From: Chiloscyllium plagiosum
Lineage: Eukaryota
DNA: 64,000 bases
Assembly: GCF_004010195.1 (NCBI RefSeq)
Contig: NC_057718.1
Location: forward strand, 16,191,906 to 16,255,905
Reading direction: 5' to 3'
A program made the position numbers and the translations under genes. The notes under the pieces were generated by a model that saw nothing but the letters and a program-made list of their open reading frames with translations, was not told the DNA's origin and did not search any database. The number at the start of each line of letters is the position of its first letter. Position 1 is the stretch's first letter. Below, piece by piece: positions 13,711-27,174 of this stretch.

Positions 13711-14992
13711 TTGAAGAAGGAGGCCATTTGGGTTGTTCAGTATTGGAATTGGTCCTCCTGGGAGCAAATGCGGTGGAGGCAAAGGAATTGGGAATATGGG
13801 ATGGTATTTTTACAGGGGGCAGAGTGGGAGGACTTCCACAGCTACCTAGATTACACCTCCTCCCACCCTGCCCCCTGTAAAAACGCCATCTCATATTCCC
13901 AATTCCTTTGCCTCCGCCGCATCTGCTCCCAGGAGGACCAATTCCAATACCGAACATCCCAGATGGCCTCCTTCTTCAAAGACCGCAATTTCCCCTCAGA
14001 CGTGGTTGACGATGCTCTCCACCGCACCTCCTCCACTTATGGCTCCTCCGCCCTTGAACCCCACCCCACCAATCGCCACCAGGACAGAACCCCACTGGTC
14101 CTCACCTACCACCCCACCAACCTCCCATCGTATCATCCTTCGTCATTTCCGCCACCTCCAAACAGACTCCACCACCAAAGATATATTTCCCTCCCCTCTC
14201 CTATCAGCGTTCCAGAAAGACTCCGCGACTCCCTCGTCAGGTCCACAGCCCCCATCAACCCAATCTCCACTTCCGGTACCTTCCCCTGCAACCGCAAGAA
14301 ATGCAAAACGTGCCCACACCTCCCCCTTCACTTCCCTCCAAGGCCTCAAGGGATCCTTCCATATCCGTCACAAATTCACCTGCACCTCCACACACATCAC
14401 TTACTGCATCCGCTGCACCCGATGTGGCCTCCTCTACATTGGGAGACAGGCCGCCTACTTGCGGAACGTTTCAGAGAACACCTCTGGGACACCCGCACCA
14501 ACCAACCCAACTGACCCGTGGCTGAACACTTTAACTCCCCCTCCCACTCCGCTAAGGACATGCAGGTCCTTGGCCTCCTCCATCACCAGTCCATGGCAAT
14601 ACGACGCCTGGAGGAAGAGCGCCTCATCTTCTGCCTAGGAGCCCTCCAACCACAAGGGATGAATGCAGATTTCTCCAGCTTCCTCATTTCCCCTCCCCTC
14701 ACCTTATCCCAGTCCCAACCCTCGGACTCAGCACCGCCTTCTTGACCTGCAATCTTCTTCCCGACCTCTCCGCCCCCACCCCCTCTCCGGCCTATCATCC
14801 TCACCTTAACCTCCTTCCACCTATCGCATTCCCAATGCCCCTCCCCCAAGTCCCTCCTCCCTACCTTTATCTTAGCCTGTTTGGCAAACCCTCCTCATTC
14901 CTGAAGAAGGGCTTATGCCCGAAACGTCGATTCTCCTGCTCCTTGGATGCTGCCTGACCTGCTGCGCTTTTCCAGCAACACATTTTTCAGCT
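13711..14992 (+). mobile_element. Penelope-like element (Neptune-type) with a fold-back 5' end
   Basis: HSYLDYTSSHP..CK.AI.YSQF RT thumb, PCNRKKCKTC linker, YCIRCTRCGLLYIG GIY-YIG. 13711-13832 is the reverse complement of 13858-13980. Confidence 0.92.
14896..14933 (+). ncRNA. Minimal hammerhead ribozyme motif
   Basis: CTGAAGA-A-GGGC TTAT GCCC-GAAA-CG-TC: intact core, perfect stem II, GUC triplet; stem I is weak. Confidence 0.78.
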
Positions 14993-15935
14993 CCCAACCC
15001 CTGTACTCAATACTCTGACAAATAAAGGAAAGCATACCAAATGCCGCCTTCACGATCCTATCTACCTGTGTCTCCACTTTCAAGGAGCTATGAACCTACA
15101 CTCTAAGGTCTCTTTGTTCAGCAACACTCCCTAGGACCTTACCATTAAGTGTATAAGTCCTGCTAAGATTTACTTTCTCAAAATGCAGCACCTCGCATTT
15201 ATCTGAATTCAACTCCATCTGCCACTTCTCAGCCCATTGGCCCATCTGGTCCAGATCCTGTTGTAATCTGAGGTAACCCTCTTCGTTGTCCACTACACCT
15301 CCAATTTTGGTGTCATCTGCAAACTTACTAACTGTACCTCTTATGCTCGCATCCAAATCATTTATGTAAATGACAAAAAGTAGAGGACCCAGCACCGATC
15401 CTTGTGGCACTCCACTGGTCACAGACCTAGTTTAAATGGTTTGTTAAGTTAGATGCAGTCCATTTGGCTTAATTTGTTAAGATTGCTTTCAGCTTTTCAA
15501 AGGCTGCCTGCCATCTTGTTGACCATGCCATCTGTTTTAACAAGTTAGGTAAGGGTATGGTTGTTGTACTAAATTTAGGTACAAACTTCCAATAAAATCT
15601 GCACATTTCCAAAGACCTTTGTTTTGGGGTGGAAAAGTAAATTTGAGCTGTTCCTTTTGCTATTTTGGGTGACATTTGTACCTGTTCTGCAACATGTCCA
15701 CTTTGACAAATTCACTTTTTGCCAGATACCAACCTGGCTGACTACAATTGTGTAAACAAGATTTCTAACTATATATCCCTTCCATGCAGTATGATATATT
15801 ACAATTAAGTGCTTTGGCTATTGAAATGTAGCTGGGGTGTTCTTAAATCTAAATAGTATAACCTGACATTGGTCCAATCCATTGGTTGTGACAAAAATGG
15901 CAATTTCCTTAGATCTTGTTGTTAACAATATCTGC

Positions 15936-16150
15936 CAGGAGTAAACTACTTAGCCCCTTGAACCAGCTCCATCACTCAATAAGATCATGACTAATCTGTG
16001 GCCTAACTCCATATACCTTAATACCTTTGCTTAACGGAATTTAATCTACCTCAGATTTAAAACTAACAACTTACCTAGCATCCGCTGCCTTCTGTGGGAG
16101 AGAGTTCCAAACATCTATCACCCTTTTTATGTAGAAGTACTTCCTAACAT
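15936..16150 (-). mobile_element. CR1 3' end, probable continuation of the 7400-9414 copy
   Basis: NVRKYFYIKRVIDVWNSLPQK followed by a 3' UTR that abuts the gypsy RT continuation. Confidence 0.75.
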
Positions 16151-16367
16151 TGGAATGTGAACTGCAGAGAGTGGAAACACTGGGGATTGAGCTAAGTTTT
16201 GGGAGTTTAGGCAACAAGTGGAGGGAAGCATTGTTGTATATTGTTATGGCCATTTTTGAGAGAGGCTGCTTTGTAGTTGAAGTGTTGCTGTAGGTTTTAA
16301 GTGTGGGCCCAAGTGAATGTCAGGCTTTGTTGAAGAGGGTGAACTGCAGCAAGACAAGTGCAAGGTG

Positions 16368-16530
16368 AAAAAAACAGAAATTGCTGGAAAAGCTCAGCAG
16401 GTCTTGCAAGATCCAATGACCCTTCCTGGACTCAAAACGTTAACCTTGATTTCTCTCCACAGATGCTGCCAGATCTGCTGAGTTTTTCCAGCAAATTCTG
16501 TTTTTCTTTCTGATTTCCAGCATCTGCAGT
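16368..16530. mobile_element. Palindromic PLE-derived mini element
   Basis: cagaaattgctggaaaagctcagcaggtct is inverted relative to agatctgctgagtttttccagcaaattctg. Confidence 0.7.
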
Positions 16531-16604
16531 TTTTTTTTTAGTTTCTTTTAAGTCCAGAGTAAGACCTTTTTTTTGCCCTCCCTAAGTTTGCTAGTTGTTA
16601 AAGA

Positions 16605-17290
16605 GTCAAAGATGGCAGTCAGATGTGGGAAATCAAGGAACAGTCAAGTGTCCCTGGTGACTGTGTCTGCAGGAAGTGTGTCTAGCTGCAGCTCCTCTCA
16701 GATGGTGGCTGGAAAATATCGGTTTATATGCAGAAGATAGGGTGGGGACAGGGGTAAGGAGTAAACGATAGTCTGGATAGAGTCTGAGGAGAGAGAAGAA
16801 CAGTTGGACAGACAATAACATTCTAACTGAGAACACAAATTCCAAAAAGTGCCACATGTAGTAGTCCTGACCTTTAATAGACAGGCCAGTTAGGAATCCT
16901 AGAGGGAGTCATCCATTCCCCTGATAGGTCAACAATTTGTAATGTGGCTACAGGCTGGAATGCCAAAAAGTGGCATAAAGCAGAGCTAAATAAGAGTTAT
17001 GAGTCTTGAAACACAGCATTGAGATTGATGCTTGACTATACCCAGCACAGAAGTGGACAGATGCAGAATTTATGGGGGAAATAGAGGTTATTCACGATGG
17101 TTTAACTGGGGAGAGGCAGCTGGGAACTTTGAGTGTTTTGGGAGCAATTGTACTCTTTGGAAATAGCGAGCAAGGTGGGGTATCCATTCGCAAGAAGCAG
17201 TAGGGTAGAAATTGGGATACAAAGGAAGCAAAACTGAACTTTTGCCAATAAGCCAGTGGCTACATTTCATGAAACACTTGTTGGCCCAAA
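16605..17290 (+). mobile_element. Decayed CR1 ORF1 fragments
   Basis: MWEIKEQSSVPGDCVCRKC..LQLL zinc-finger motif at about 16625-16700. Confidence 0.6.
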
Positions 17291-17556
17291 GAATCTGTCA
17301 TCAAGGCAAATATATTCCAGGTTTCAGTCTAACATTTCAGTGGCATTAGGAAATAACATTTGATGTTATGTGACAAATGTATAATGGAGATTAACCATTA
17401 ATAAATAACTCAAGTCCTTCTTCGTTTATAACACTGCTTCCTAGAATGATTGGTACTGCAAAAAATGCTGCCTGACCTGCTGCGCTTTTCCAGCAACACA
17501 TTTCCATCACTGCAAAAAAAAAAGCCAATGTATTTATATAGTACTGTGCATCACCG

Positions 17557-17865
17557 TGGGCGGCACGGTGGCTCACTGGTTAGCACTGCTGCCTCACAGC
17601 GCCAGAGACCCGGGTTCAATTCCTGCCTCAGGCGACTGACTGTGTGGAGTTTGCACGTTCTCCCCGTGTCTGCGTGGGTTTCCTCCAGGTGCTCCGGTTT
17701 CCTCCCACAGTCCAAAGATGTGCAGCTCAGGTGAATTGGCTATTCTAAATTGCCCGTAGTGTTAGGTAAGGGGTAAATGTAGGGGCATGGGTGGGTGGTG
17801 GGTCGGTGTGGACTTTTTGGGCCGAAGGGCCTGTTTCCAGACTGTAAGTAATCTAATCTAATCTA
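17557..17865 (+). mobile_element. HE1 SINE
   Basis: GGGCGGCACGGTGGCTCA head, B-box GGTTCAATTCC, (taatc)n tail. Confidence 0.92.
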
Positions 17866-18951
17866 CAGACTGGGCAAATAAGTAGGTTTTTCAATGCATT
17901 TGAATTGGTATTGTAACCAACTTTTTTTTAATGATGCTGTAGATATTCTTATTTGTTATTTTCATCTGCATTGTACCTGGACAAGAACACCTATTTTATA
18001 ATTTTGTTAAATTAAAACATTTCATTTTGGTATGATCCTCTCAATTTGCATAATAGCTTTGATCCGATGCCATGCTTTCTTAAATTTAGCAAGAATTTAT
18101 CTCATCACATAATAGCAAGAAAGTGCACTTGTTAAAATATCTGGAGATGAGATGCTTGGCAACATGATAACTTTATATTTTGTATAAACAGTGTTCCACA
18201 TAAAAATATAACCTTGTATGTTATCAGTGTGCACATCTGAGTTTAGATTTTAATCCACAGCTTGCATAATCTTAGTTTGACTTTTCAATATGCCTCTGCT
18301 TCATTGAATTAGAAAGTATTCTTTGACATTGCTACTTACATAAGAGGCTATTTTACTGAAGTGTTTTTCAGTGATCCAATCTATGTATTACTAAGAGTAA
18401 AATCTAACATTTACAGTAGTGTTTTTATGGTTTGCCACTTCTGAACTGAATGTAGAATAACAGTTCTGAGATTAATTCTCTGCTATTTTATCTTGGTTAT
18501 TAAAGAAAATAGAAAATCTGTGTTTCATTTGTGTTTGTGAATCAATTAGACTGATGATTATTTTCCTGTCCTCTTTTAAAATCAGTTAATTTGCCAAATA
18601 AAATGTGTATTTCTACCATTGTGGGAACAGTCAGTCAGAGTAAGTCCCACATTTTTGTGATGTGATTTGTTAAAGAGGGAAAAGGTTGGTATAGATAATT
18701 TAATTATGTATGAGCAGCTGCTATCATTAACAGACAAAAGAAAGTGGAAATTGAGCTTGACCTCAACTAAAATACGTTCTGTTACTGTAAACAATGAACA
18801 CTCACTCTAGTAAGTCTTCTGAATAGATTATCAAGCTCTCTTACGCAAAAGATTCAGTTTGTATAACATAATGGAAGGGCTAGGTAAGGCTAAATCTTCA
18901 TATAGCTGGTTAATGTTAGTTATCTGCTGAGGTTTTATTTGCTACTGTTAT

Positions 18952-19037
18952 GATTAGATTAGATTCCCTACAGTGTGGAAACAGGCCCTTCGGCCCAACA
19001 AGTCCACACTGACCCTCTGAAGAGTAACCCACCCAGA
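18952..19037 (-). mobile_element. HE1 SINE 3' fragment
   Basis: attagattagattccctacagtgtggaaacaggccc tail. Confidence 0.8.
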
Positions 19038-19499
19038 CTGAATTAACATCCTAGGTTCACTGACACAAGATTTGAACTGCAGAGAAAATTGACACACAGA
19101 CAGATCATTGATCTGAAATGGTCTGTACACTTGTTTGTCTCTTGCAAGGATGCCTTGAAGAAGTTTTCCTCGTCTCTCTATAAGAATCTCAGGGAGTTCC
19201 TCTCCCACTGCAACTCCCTGATCCTCCTCCTACAACTCCACCTTGTGTTTATATAGAATTCTTGAAGGATGAGGTCATCCCGAAGTGCTTCACCAGAACA
19301 TTATTAAGTAATATGTCACTAAGCTGTGTTAATGATGAGGGCAGAAAAGATTGGTTTGAAGGAGCTTGGAAAGAATAGAGGTAAGTGTTTGTGTTAGATT
19401 GTTGATATCTTGGAATCCAGGGATGTGAGAGGCAGAAAAGAAAGTGAAGTTGAAACAGAAGATCAGTCCTCATATTGATTGGCAGATCAGAAGCAATAA

Positions 19500-20130
19500 T
19501 ATGCTATTTGGCCCCTTCACCTGCTCAACCATTCAATTTAAGATCAAAACTGTTCTAATTGTGCCCTTATTTCAATTTTGCTGCACCCATCCTCTAAAAT
19601 AATGCTTTATCCTCTTGTGAAACAAAATATTTCTTGAACTCAGCTATGAATACGTTCAGTGATCCCACTTCCACTTCTTTCCGATATAGATAATTCCAAA
19701 GACTGGTGATTCTCATAAGAAATTCCTCCTCAAATACAAAACCCTTATGAAACAGCTCCATCATTCTAGAATCCCCCATTAGGACAAATATCTTCTCAGC
19801 ATCTATCCTGTCAAGCCCCCTCAGAATCTTTTGTTACAATTAGATCAATACTCGTTCTTCTAAACTCCAATGAGTGTAAGCCCAACATGCTCTAACTTTC
19901 CTCATAAAACTATCCCTTCATTCCCAAGCACCCATAGTGCGAGTATATTTCCCCTTAAATAAAGAAATCAAAGATGTACATAATACGCTAGGTTTTGGCA
20001 CAAGTCCCTATGCAATTGTAATCATACTTACCTACTGTTAGACCCCAATTCCTTTCCAATAAAATTCCTTTTGCCTCCCATGCTGTTGCTGCCTGTTAAC
20101 TTTGAGTATAATGTATAATGCCATCCAGCT
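19500..20130 (-). mobile_element. Old CR1 3' fragment
   Basis: FLMRITSLWNYL..EVGSLNVF C-terminal motif. Confidence 0.7.
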
Positions 20131-20359
20131 CACATTTAGATAATCACCCGTTCCAACTTTCCATAACATGAACAGTACCGTGCTTTGATCTAAGCAATTT
20201 CTAGTAGATTATTTATTACCACCTTGTTTTGAATTCTGTGACCCTATGTAAGAAATCCATACTTCCTATTTGACTTGCAAATGTCCTTTTAACTGTGTGT
20301 CTGAACTCCAGGGATCTTTCTCAGTCACAGTAAGAATTTCACCACACAGCTATTTTCCA

Positions 20360-22853
20360 TTCTCTGTGTGAAATCGCAAGAGATGGGAGAGATACTAAAT
20401 GAGTATTTTGCATCAACGCTTTCTGTGGAGAAGGATATGGAAGTTAGAGGACTTGGGAACACAAATAGCAACATGTTAAAAATGTCCATGTTACCAAGGA
20501 GGTGGTGCTAGATGTCTTAAAATGCATAAAAGTGAATAATCCCCAGAACCTGATCAGGTGTACCCCAGGAAAAAACCCCAGCCAATCCATCCTGGCTCTA
20601 TAACTCATATCCTCCAATCCAGGCAAGATCCTTGTAAATCTTTTCTGAATCCTTTTAAGTTTCACAGCATCCTTCCCATAGTAGGGAGACCAGAATTGTA
20701 CATCTCTATGACTATGACTCTAAGTAGCCTAACCAATGTCCTATACAGCCACAGTATGGCCTCCGAACTCCTATACAAAATGTACTGACCAATATAAGCA
20801 AGCCTTCTTCACTATCCTAACTATCTGTGACCCCACTTTCAAGGAGCTATGAACCTGCACTCCAAGGTCTCTGTTCAGCGACACTCCCCAGGACATTACC
20901 AGTAAGTGTATAAGTCCTGCTCTGATTTGCCTTTCTAAAATGCAGCTCCTTAAAAGTGGAGTTGCAGGTAGATAGGACAGTGAAGAAGGCGTTTGGTATG
21001 CTTTCCTTTATTGGTCAGAGTATTGAATACAGGAGTAAGGAGGTCATGTTGCGGCTGTACAGGACATTGGTTAGGCCACTGTTGGAATATTGCGTGCAAT
21101 TCTGGTCTCCTTCCTATGGGAAAGATGTCGTGAAACTTGAAAGGGTTCAGAAAAGATTTACAAGGATGTTGCCAGGGTTGGAGGATTTGAGCTATAGGGA
21201 GAGACTGAACAGGCTGGGACTGTTTTCCCTGGAGCGTCGGAGGCTGAGGGGTGATCTTATAGAGGTTTACAAAATTATGAGGGGCATGGATAGGATAAAT
21301 AGGCAAAATGTTTTCCCTTGTGTGAGGGAGTCCAGAACTAGACAGCATAGATTTAGGGTGAGAGGGGAAAAGATATAAATGAGGCCTAAAGGGCAACTTT
21401 TCACGCAAAGGGTGGTACATGTATGGAATGAGTTGCCAGAGGAAGTGGTGAAGGCAAGTACAATTGCAACATTTAAAAGGCATTTGGATGGAAATATGAA
21501 CAGGAAGGGTTTGGAGGGAAATGGGCCCGGTGCTGGTACGTGGAACTAGACTGTGTTGGGATATCTGGTCAGCATGGATGGGTTGGACCGACTGGTTTCT
21601 TTCCGTACTGTACATCTCTATGACTCTATGACCTCACATTCATCTAAGTTAAATTTTATCCACCACTCATCGGTCCATCTGATCAAGATACAGTGTGGTA
21701 ACCTTGTTCGCTGTCCACACATGTCCAGTTTGCTGTCATCTGCAAACTTAGTAACCATGCCTCCTGTGTTCACATCCAAATCAATTATATAAATGACAAA
21801 AGAAAACTTTCTCTATCAGTATATGAATGCTCCTACAAAAGAAGGAGCAAAACTAGATTTTCTTTTGGGCAATAACGCAAGGCAGGTGACTGAAGTGAAA
21901 ATGGGGGAATACTTTAGGTCTAGCAATCATAATTCTAGTGGTTTCGAAATGATTATGGAAAAGGATAAGCCTTCCATAAAAGTTAAAGCTTTTAATTGCA
22001 GTAATTTTGATGGTATCAGTCAAGAACTTTCAAAAGTTGATGGGAGCTGATATTCGCAGGTAAACAGACTGCTGGAAATTTGGAAGCAGGGATTGAGTGA
22101 ATCCTTAGAAGAGGAGGTGTTGCTGGATTTCTTAAAATGCACAAAGGTAGATAAATCCCTGGGATCTTATTAGGTGTACCGTAGAACTTTGTGGGAAGCT
22201 AGGGAAGTGATTGCTTGGCCTCTGGCTGAGGTATTTGTTTCATCGATAGCCACAGATGAGGTGCCAGAAGACTGGAAGTTGGCTAATGTGCCACTATTTC
22301 AGAAAGGTGCTACGGAAAAGCCAGGGAACTATAGACCAGTTAGCCTGACATCACCCAGTTATAGGAAGGATATTATCAAGCTGGAGAGGTTCAAAAGAAA
22401 TTTACCAGGATGTTGGCCGATTTGGAAGGTTTGAGTTATAAAGAAAGGCTAGATCGGCAGGGACATTGTTCACTAGAGCATAAGAGGTTGAGAAGTGACC
22501 TGAGAGAAGTTTATAAAATAATGAGAGGTATAGGTAGAGTTGATGGTAGTTGTCTTTTCCCTAAGATGAGGAATTTCAAGTCAAGGGGCACATTTTGAAG
22601 GTGTGAGGAGAGAGTTTTAAAAAAGATATAAGAGGCAAATTATTTACATGGAGGATGGTTTGTGAGTGGAATGAACTTTTTGAGGAAGTCGTGGATGCAG
22701 GTACAGTTACAATGTTTAGAAGACATTTGGGTAGATACATGAATAGGAAAGGTTTGGACGGATATGACCCAGGAGCAGGCAGGTAGAACTAGTTTAGTAT
22801 GGGATTATATTCAGCATGGACTGTGCTGTATGACTCTATGATTCTATGACTCT
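20360..22853. mobile_element. Cluster of nested CR1 fragments on both strands, including a young + copy at 20950-21630
   Basis: VKKAFGML, LEYCVQFWSP and PEDWKLANV motifs on alternating strands. Confidence 0.85.
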
Positions 22854-22889
22854 ACAACTACTGGGGGATTTATAGTACAATCCTAATAA

Positions 22890-23230
22890 GAAGGTAGTGG
22901 TGAACTGCTGCCTTGAATCACTTTGGTTTATTTGGTGTAGGTACTTCCGCAATGCCATTAATTCCACAATTTCAATCCATTGACACCACTACCTACAAGT
23001 TCTCCTCCAAGCCACTCACCATCTTGACTTGGAAATATATCACTGGTCCTTCAATGTTGTTTGGTCAAATCCTGGAATTCCCTCCCTAATGGCGTTGTGG
23101 GTCCACCCGCAGTAGGTGGATTGCAACAGTTCAAGAAGACAGCTCACCACCACCTTTTCAAGGGTAACTAGGGATGGGCAATAAACCCTGGCCAGTCAGC
23201 AATATCCACACCCCACAGAGGAAGTTAAAA
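22890..23230. mobile_element. 3' fragments of a second LINE lineage (CR1/L2 superfamily)
   Basis: SWNSLP..FKK.AHHHL C-terminus with gggcaataaa tail; related pieces at about 51250-52380. Confidence 0.6.
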
Positions 23231-23429
23231 AAATCTCCTTGCAGAATTTTCTAATTCTACTTGTTGTGTTTGGAACTTTGGTATTGGGCTGCATAAGGTT
23301 TAGATTAGGCTTGTCCAAAAGGCAGCCCACAGCCCATCAATCAGAAATGTTAACTATTGTGCAGCATCTTTAGCTGAAGTAAGTGTTTTAAGATTGGAAC
23401 TGAGGGCACAAATGATATGTAACTTAATA

Positions 23430-24240
23430 GTTTAGTGGAGAAGAGGGTGGTATTAATAGACTTCAGGAGGATGCAGATTGTAAAGTGAGCAGGCCAATGG
23501 TAAGTTAAATTTAAAGCAGAGAAGCGTGAAGTAATTTATTTTGGAAGAAAAAATGAGGAGATATAAATCAAATAGTATCTTAAAAGATGTGCCAGAACAG
23601 AGATGGGGTTCTCATAAACCTTTGTTGTTGGTTGGAGGAATTGAAAAGTTTGAGGTCCTAGACTTTATAAATTAAACATAGAATGAAAAAAAAATGAAGG
23701 TGTTCTGAACCTTTATAAATCACATGTTAGTTGCAGCTGGCATTGTGCTCATTCTGGATACCTCACTTGGAAATGATGTCAGGAGTTAGAGTGTGCATAA
23801 TTGATATTTACTAGAATGGAATCAGAATGATGGACTTTATGGAGAAGCTGGAATTATTTTCACAAATTGTGGAATTGTTAAATTGCAGAAAAAGACCATT
23901 CAACCCATCACTCTCACTCTGAACATTTGGTTTAGTGTCATTCTCTTGCATCCCTGCACATGGACTATATTTAAATAATCATCTCATTCTCTCTGGAATG
24001 CCTCAATTGGACCTATGGAATCTTTTTTTTAAGAGAGGTTTAACTAATCTGTTCAAAATTGAGAGTAGTAAGTAAAATTAGCAATTGAGGACACAGATTT
24101 GAAATAATTTGCAAAACAACCAATGAGAAAACACTTGCAGGGCTAATAGTACAGAGCAGAGGATTGAGTATAATTAGATAGCTCTTTCAAATAGCTGGCA
24201 TAAGCGTAATGAATTAGATGCATACTTTGGTGTTGTACGA
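23430..24240 (+). mobile_element. Very old CR1 fragments
   Basis: Decayed W.VKFK.EK.EVIYFG and RFTRM motifs. Confidence 0.55.
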
Positions 24241-25671
24241 GTTAATGCCTCTCTGAATTCTTAATGATGATGTTATGGGTGAAAGCTGTGCCAGCAATGG
24301 AAATTGAAATTACCCAGTGATTGGAGGAAAGTGTGGAGAGCTAACGTATGTGATCAAGTGAATTCCTTGAGTAGTACAGGGGTGGTAGGAGCCCACATAA
24401 GAGGGAAATGAGGGCAAGAAGGTGACATGAGACAGCTTTCAGATAAGCTAAGGGGGAATGCGAAGAGATTCCACAAGTATATTAAGGCCAAAAGGGTAAC
24501 TAGGGAGAAAAAAGGGCCCCTTAAAGATCAATGTTTCATCTATGTGTGGAACCATAGGAGATGAGTGAGATCCTAAATGAATATTTCTTGTCAGTATTTG
24601 CTGTGGAGAAAGATATGGGAGCTAGGAAAATTGTGCAAGTAAATAGTAATGTCTTGAAAAGAGTCCGCATTACAAAAAAGGTGCTTAAAACTCATAAAGG
24701 TGAATAAGTCCCCTGGACCTGATCCCAGGACAATGTGAGAAGCTAAAGAAGAAACTGCAAGGCCCCTAGCAGAGAGATATGTATCATTGATAGCCACGGG
24801 TGAAGTGCCAGAAGACTGGAGCGTGGCTAATGTTGTGACATTATTACTGCAAGGAAAAGCCGATGAACTGCAGACTGGTGAGCCTAATGTCAGTGGTGGA
24901 TAAAGTTCTTGGAAGGGATTCTGAGAGAAAGAATCTATATGCATTTGGAAAGGCAAGGACTGATAACGGATAGTCAGCATGGCTTTGTCATGGGAAATCA
25001 TGTGTCACAAACTTGATTAGTATCTTTTGAAGAAATCACCAAGAAGATAGATGAAAGTAGAGTGGTAGACATTGTCTGCATGGACTTTAGCAAGGCCTTC
25101 AACAAAGTTCCACATTGTAGACTGGTTGGTAAGGTTAGATCATGTTGGATCAAGGGAGAGCTAGTCGATTGGCTTCAAGGTGGGAGACAGAGGATGCTGG
25201 TAGAGGTCTTTCAAACTGGAGGCCTGTGACCAGGGTAAGCTGCAAGGATTGCTGCTGGGTCCACTGTTGTTTGTCATTTATATAAATATTTTTTATGAGA
25301 ATATAGAGGGCATGTCTAGTAAGTTTGTGGCTGACACCAAAGTTTGTGGTATAGTGGATTGCAAAGGTTAACTTAGAATACAATGGGTGTTTGATCAATT
25401 GGACCAGTGGGTCCAGGAATGGCAAATGGAACTTAATTCAGATAAATGCATGGTGTTGCATTTAGGCAAGGTAGACCAGGTCAGGGCTTATACAGTTAAT
25501 GGTAGGACCTGGGAAGTGTTACCGAACAAAGAGACCTAGGGGTGCAGGTGCATAGTTCCATGAAAGTGGCGTCATAGGTAAATAGGGTGGTGAAGAAAGC
25601 ATTTGGCACACTTATCTTCATCAGTCAGAGGATTGAGTACAGAGTTGGGGCATCATGTTACAGCGATACAA

Positions 25672-26150
25672 GATGAATGAATGAATTAGCTTTATTGTCA
25701 TGTGCACTCGAATGAGTGCAGTGAAAAGTGTGCAATGTTGCTGCTTATAGAGCTATGTTAGGTACAAGATACTTAAGTATTTGTTACAAAATTGAAAGAA
25801 TAATAAATAAAAGTCCAGCATAAGAATAAAAAGAAAAAAAGTATTCAATTTACAGTTTTTTTCACTCCAGACCATGCCAGACCGCGCTTCTAAACCGCAC
25901 CAGGCCATGTGTCCAGACTATGCTGGGCTTCAAAGCTTGAGGCCTTGCCTCAAATCCACAACGGCCACACCTCCCTGTGATACCCACTAGTCCAAGACTT
26001 GCCTCCTTGCAATGGCCTCTGGTCTGGGTCTTCCCACCCCATGATTCGCCTCCTGATGCCAGCTTCTGGTCCTGGACTCGCCTCCAGCACTCGCTGCCCT
26101 GCGTTGGCCTCTGGACTGGGGTTCTCCTCCCCGCACCACCCTCCGGTCTG
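25672..26150 (-). mobile_element. Unclassified non-autonomous insertion with a Rex1-like tail
   Basis: Interrupts CR1 at (tac)aaga|ccttagt. The minus strand ends TGACAATAAAGCTAATTCATTCATTCA and its 5' half is GC-rich. Confidence 0.5.
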
Positions 26151-26291
26151 AGACCTTAGTAAAGCCACATTTGGAGGACTGTGTACAATTCTGGTCGTCC
26201 TGCTACAGGAAAGATGTTATTAAATTGGAAAGGGTGCAAAAAACATTTACAAAAATCTTGCAGAGAATGGAAGGTTTGAGTTATAAGGAGA

Positions 26292-26593
26292 GATTAGATT
26301 CTCTACAATGTGGAAACAGGCCTTCGGCCCAACCAGTCCACACTGGCCCTCCAAAGAGTAACCCACCGTGACCCATTTCCCTCCGACTAATGCACCTTAC
26401 ATTATGAGCAATTTAGCATAGCCAATTCACCTGACCTGCACATCTTTGGATTGTGGGAGCACCTGGAGGAAACCCACGCAGACACGAGGAGAATGTGCAA
26501 ACTCCATACAGACAGTCACCCGAGGCTGGAATTGAACCTGGGACCCTGGTGCCGTGAAGCAGCAGTGCTAACCACTGAGTCACCATGCCACCC
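26292..26593 (-). mobile_element. HE1 SINE nested in CR1
   Basis: HE1 head and body. Confidence 0.88.
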
Positions 26594-27174
26594 AGAGGCT
26601 GGGTCTTTTATCCCAGTGGTGTAGGAGGCTGACAGGTGATCTTATCTCTGCCCTTCATGATTTTATAAACCTCTGTTAGGTGAATAGCCAAGGTCTTTTC
26701 TCTAGGGTAGGGGAGTCCAAACTAGAGGACATAGATGTAAGATGAGAGGGCAAAGATTTAAAAGGGACCTGAAGGACAACCTTTTCACACAGAGGGTAAT
26801 GTGTATGTGGAATGAGCTGCCGGGGAAGTAGTAGAGACAGGTACAGTTACAACATTGAAACGAGATTTGAGCAGATCCATGGATAGGAAAGGTTTGAAAG
26901 ATATGGGCCAAACTCAGGCAAATGGGACTGGTTCAGTATAGGAAACCTGATTGGCATGGATGAGTTGTGCCAAAGGGCCCATTTCTGTATTGTAAGACTC
27001 TAGTTAGGATGGTGCAAAGTTACAGAGGAGTTTGAAGCTGAGGATGAAAACTTTGAAGACTGTGTGCAGAGTGTTGGGAAACCGTAGGGATTCGGAGCTT
27101 TAGATGATGAATATTTGCTTCTTTTATTGTAATGACACATATAAGCTTTGGGGTTTTGTAGCGTACCTGACGCT

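Larger units (their letters stand above)
13218..15427 (-). mobile_element. Young CR1 LINE split by a PLE insertion (13218-13710 and 14993-15427)
   Basis: SGVPQGSVLGP, FADDTKIGG and RVQKRFIRMLPG motifs; tail at 13218. Confidence 0.9.
12893..15935 (-). mobile_element. Gmr1-like element 3' part (RT C-terminal half and RNase H), inverted and interrupted by CR1 and PLE insertions
   Basis: Minus strand: WQILLTTRSKEIAIFVT..NTPATFQ (about 15820-15935), FYWKFVPKFS..AFEKLK (15469-15675), ADADNVGIG..IAYFSKKL (13130-13215), TDHNPL..KENVIVNALS* (about 12893-13050). Confidence 0.85.
24345..27002 (+). mobile_element. CR1 LINE with nested insertions
   Basis: KSPGPD, PEDW..ANV, QHGF, MDFSKAF and CVQFWS motifs; tail at about 27000. 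Confidence 0.88.

Noticed and set aside
13417..14514. 365-aa ORF as a novel gene
   Set aside because: Chance read-through across antisense CR1, the inverted PLE arm and frameshifted PLE coding sequence.
17557..17630. tRNA genes
   Set aside because: The tRNA-like sequences here and elsewhere are SINE heads followed by SINE bodies.
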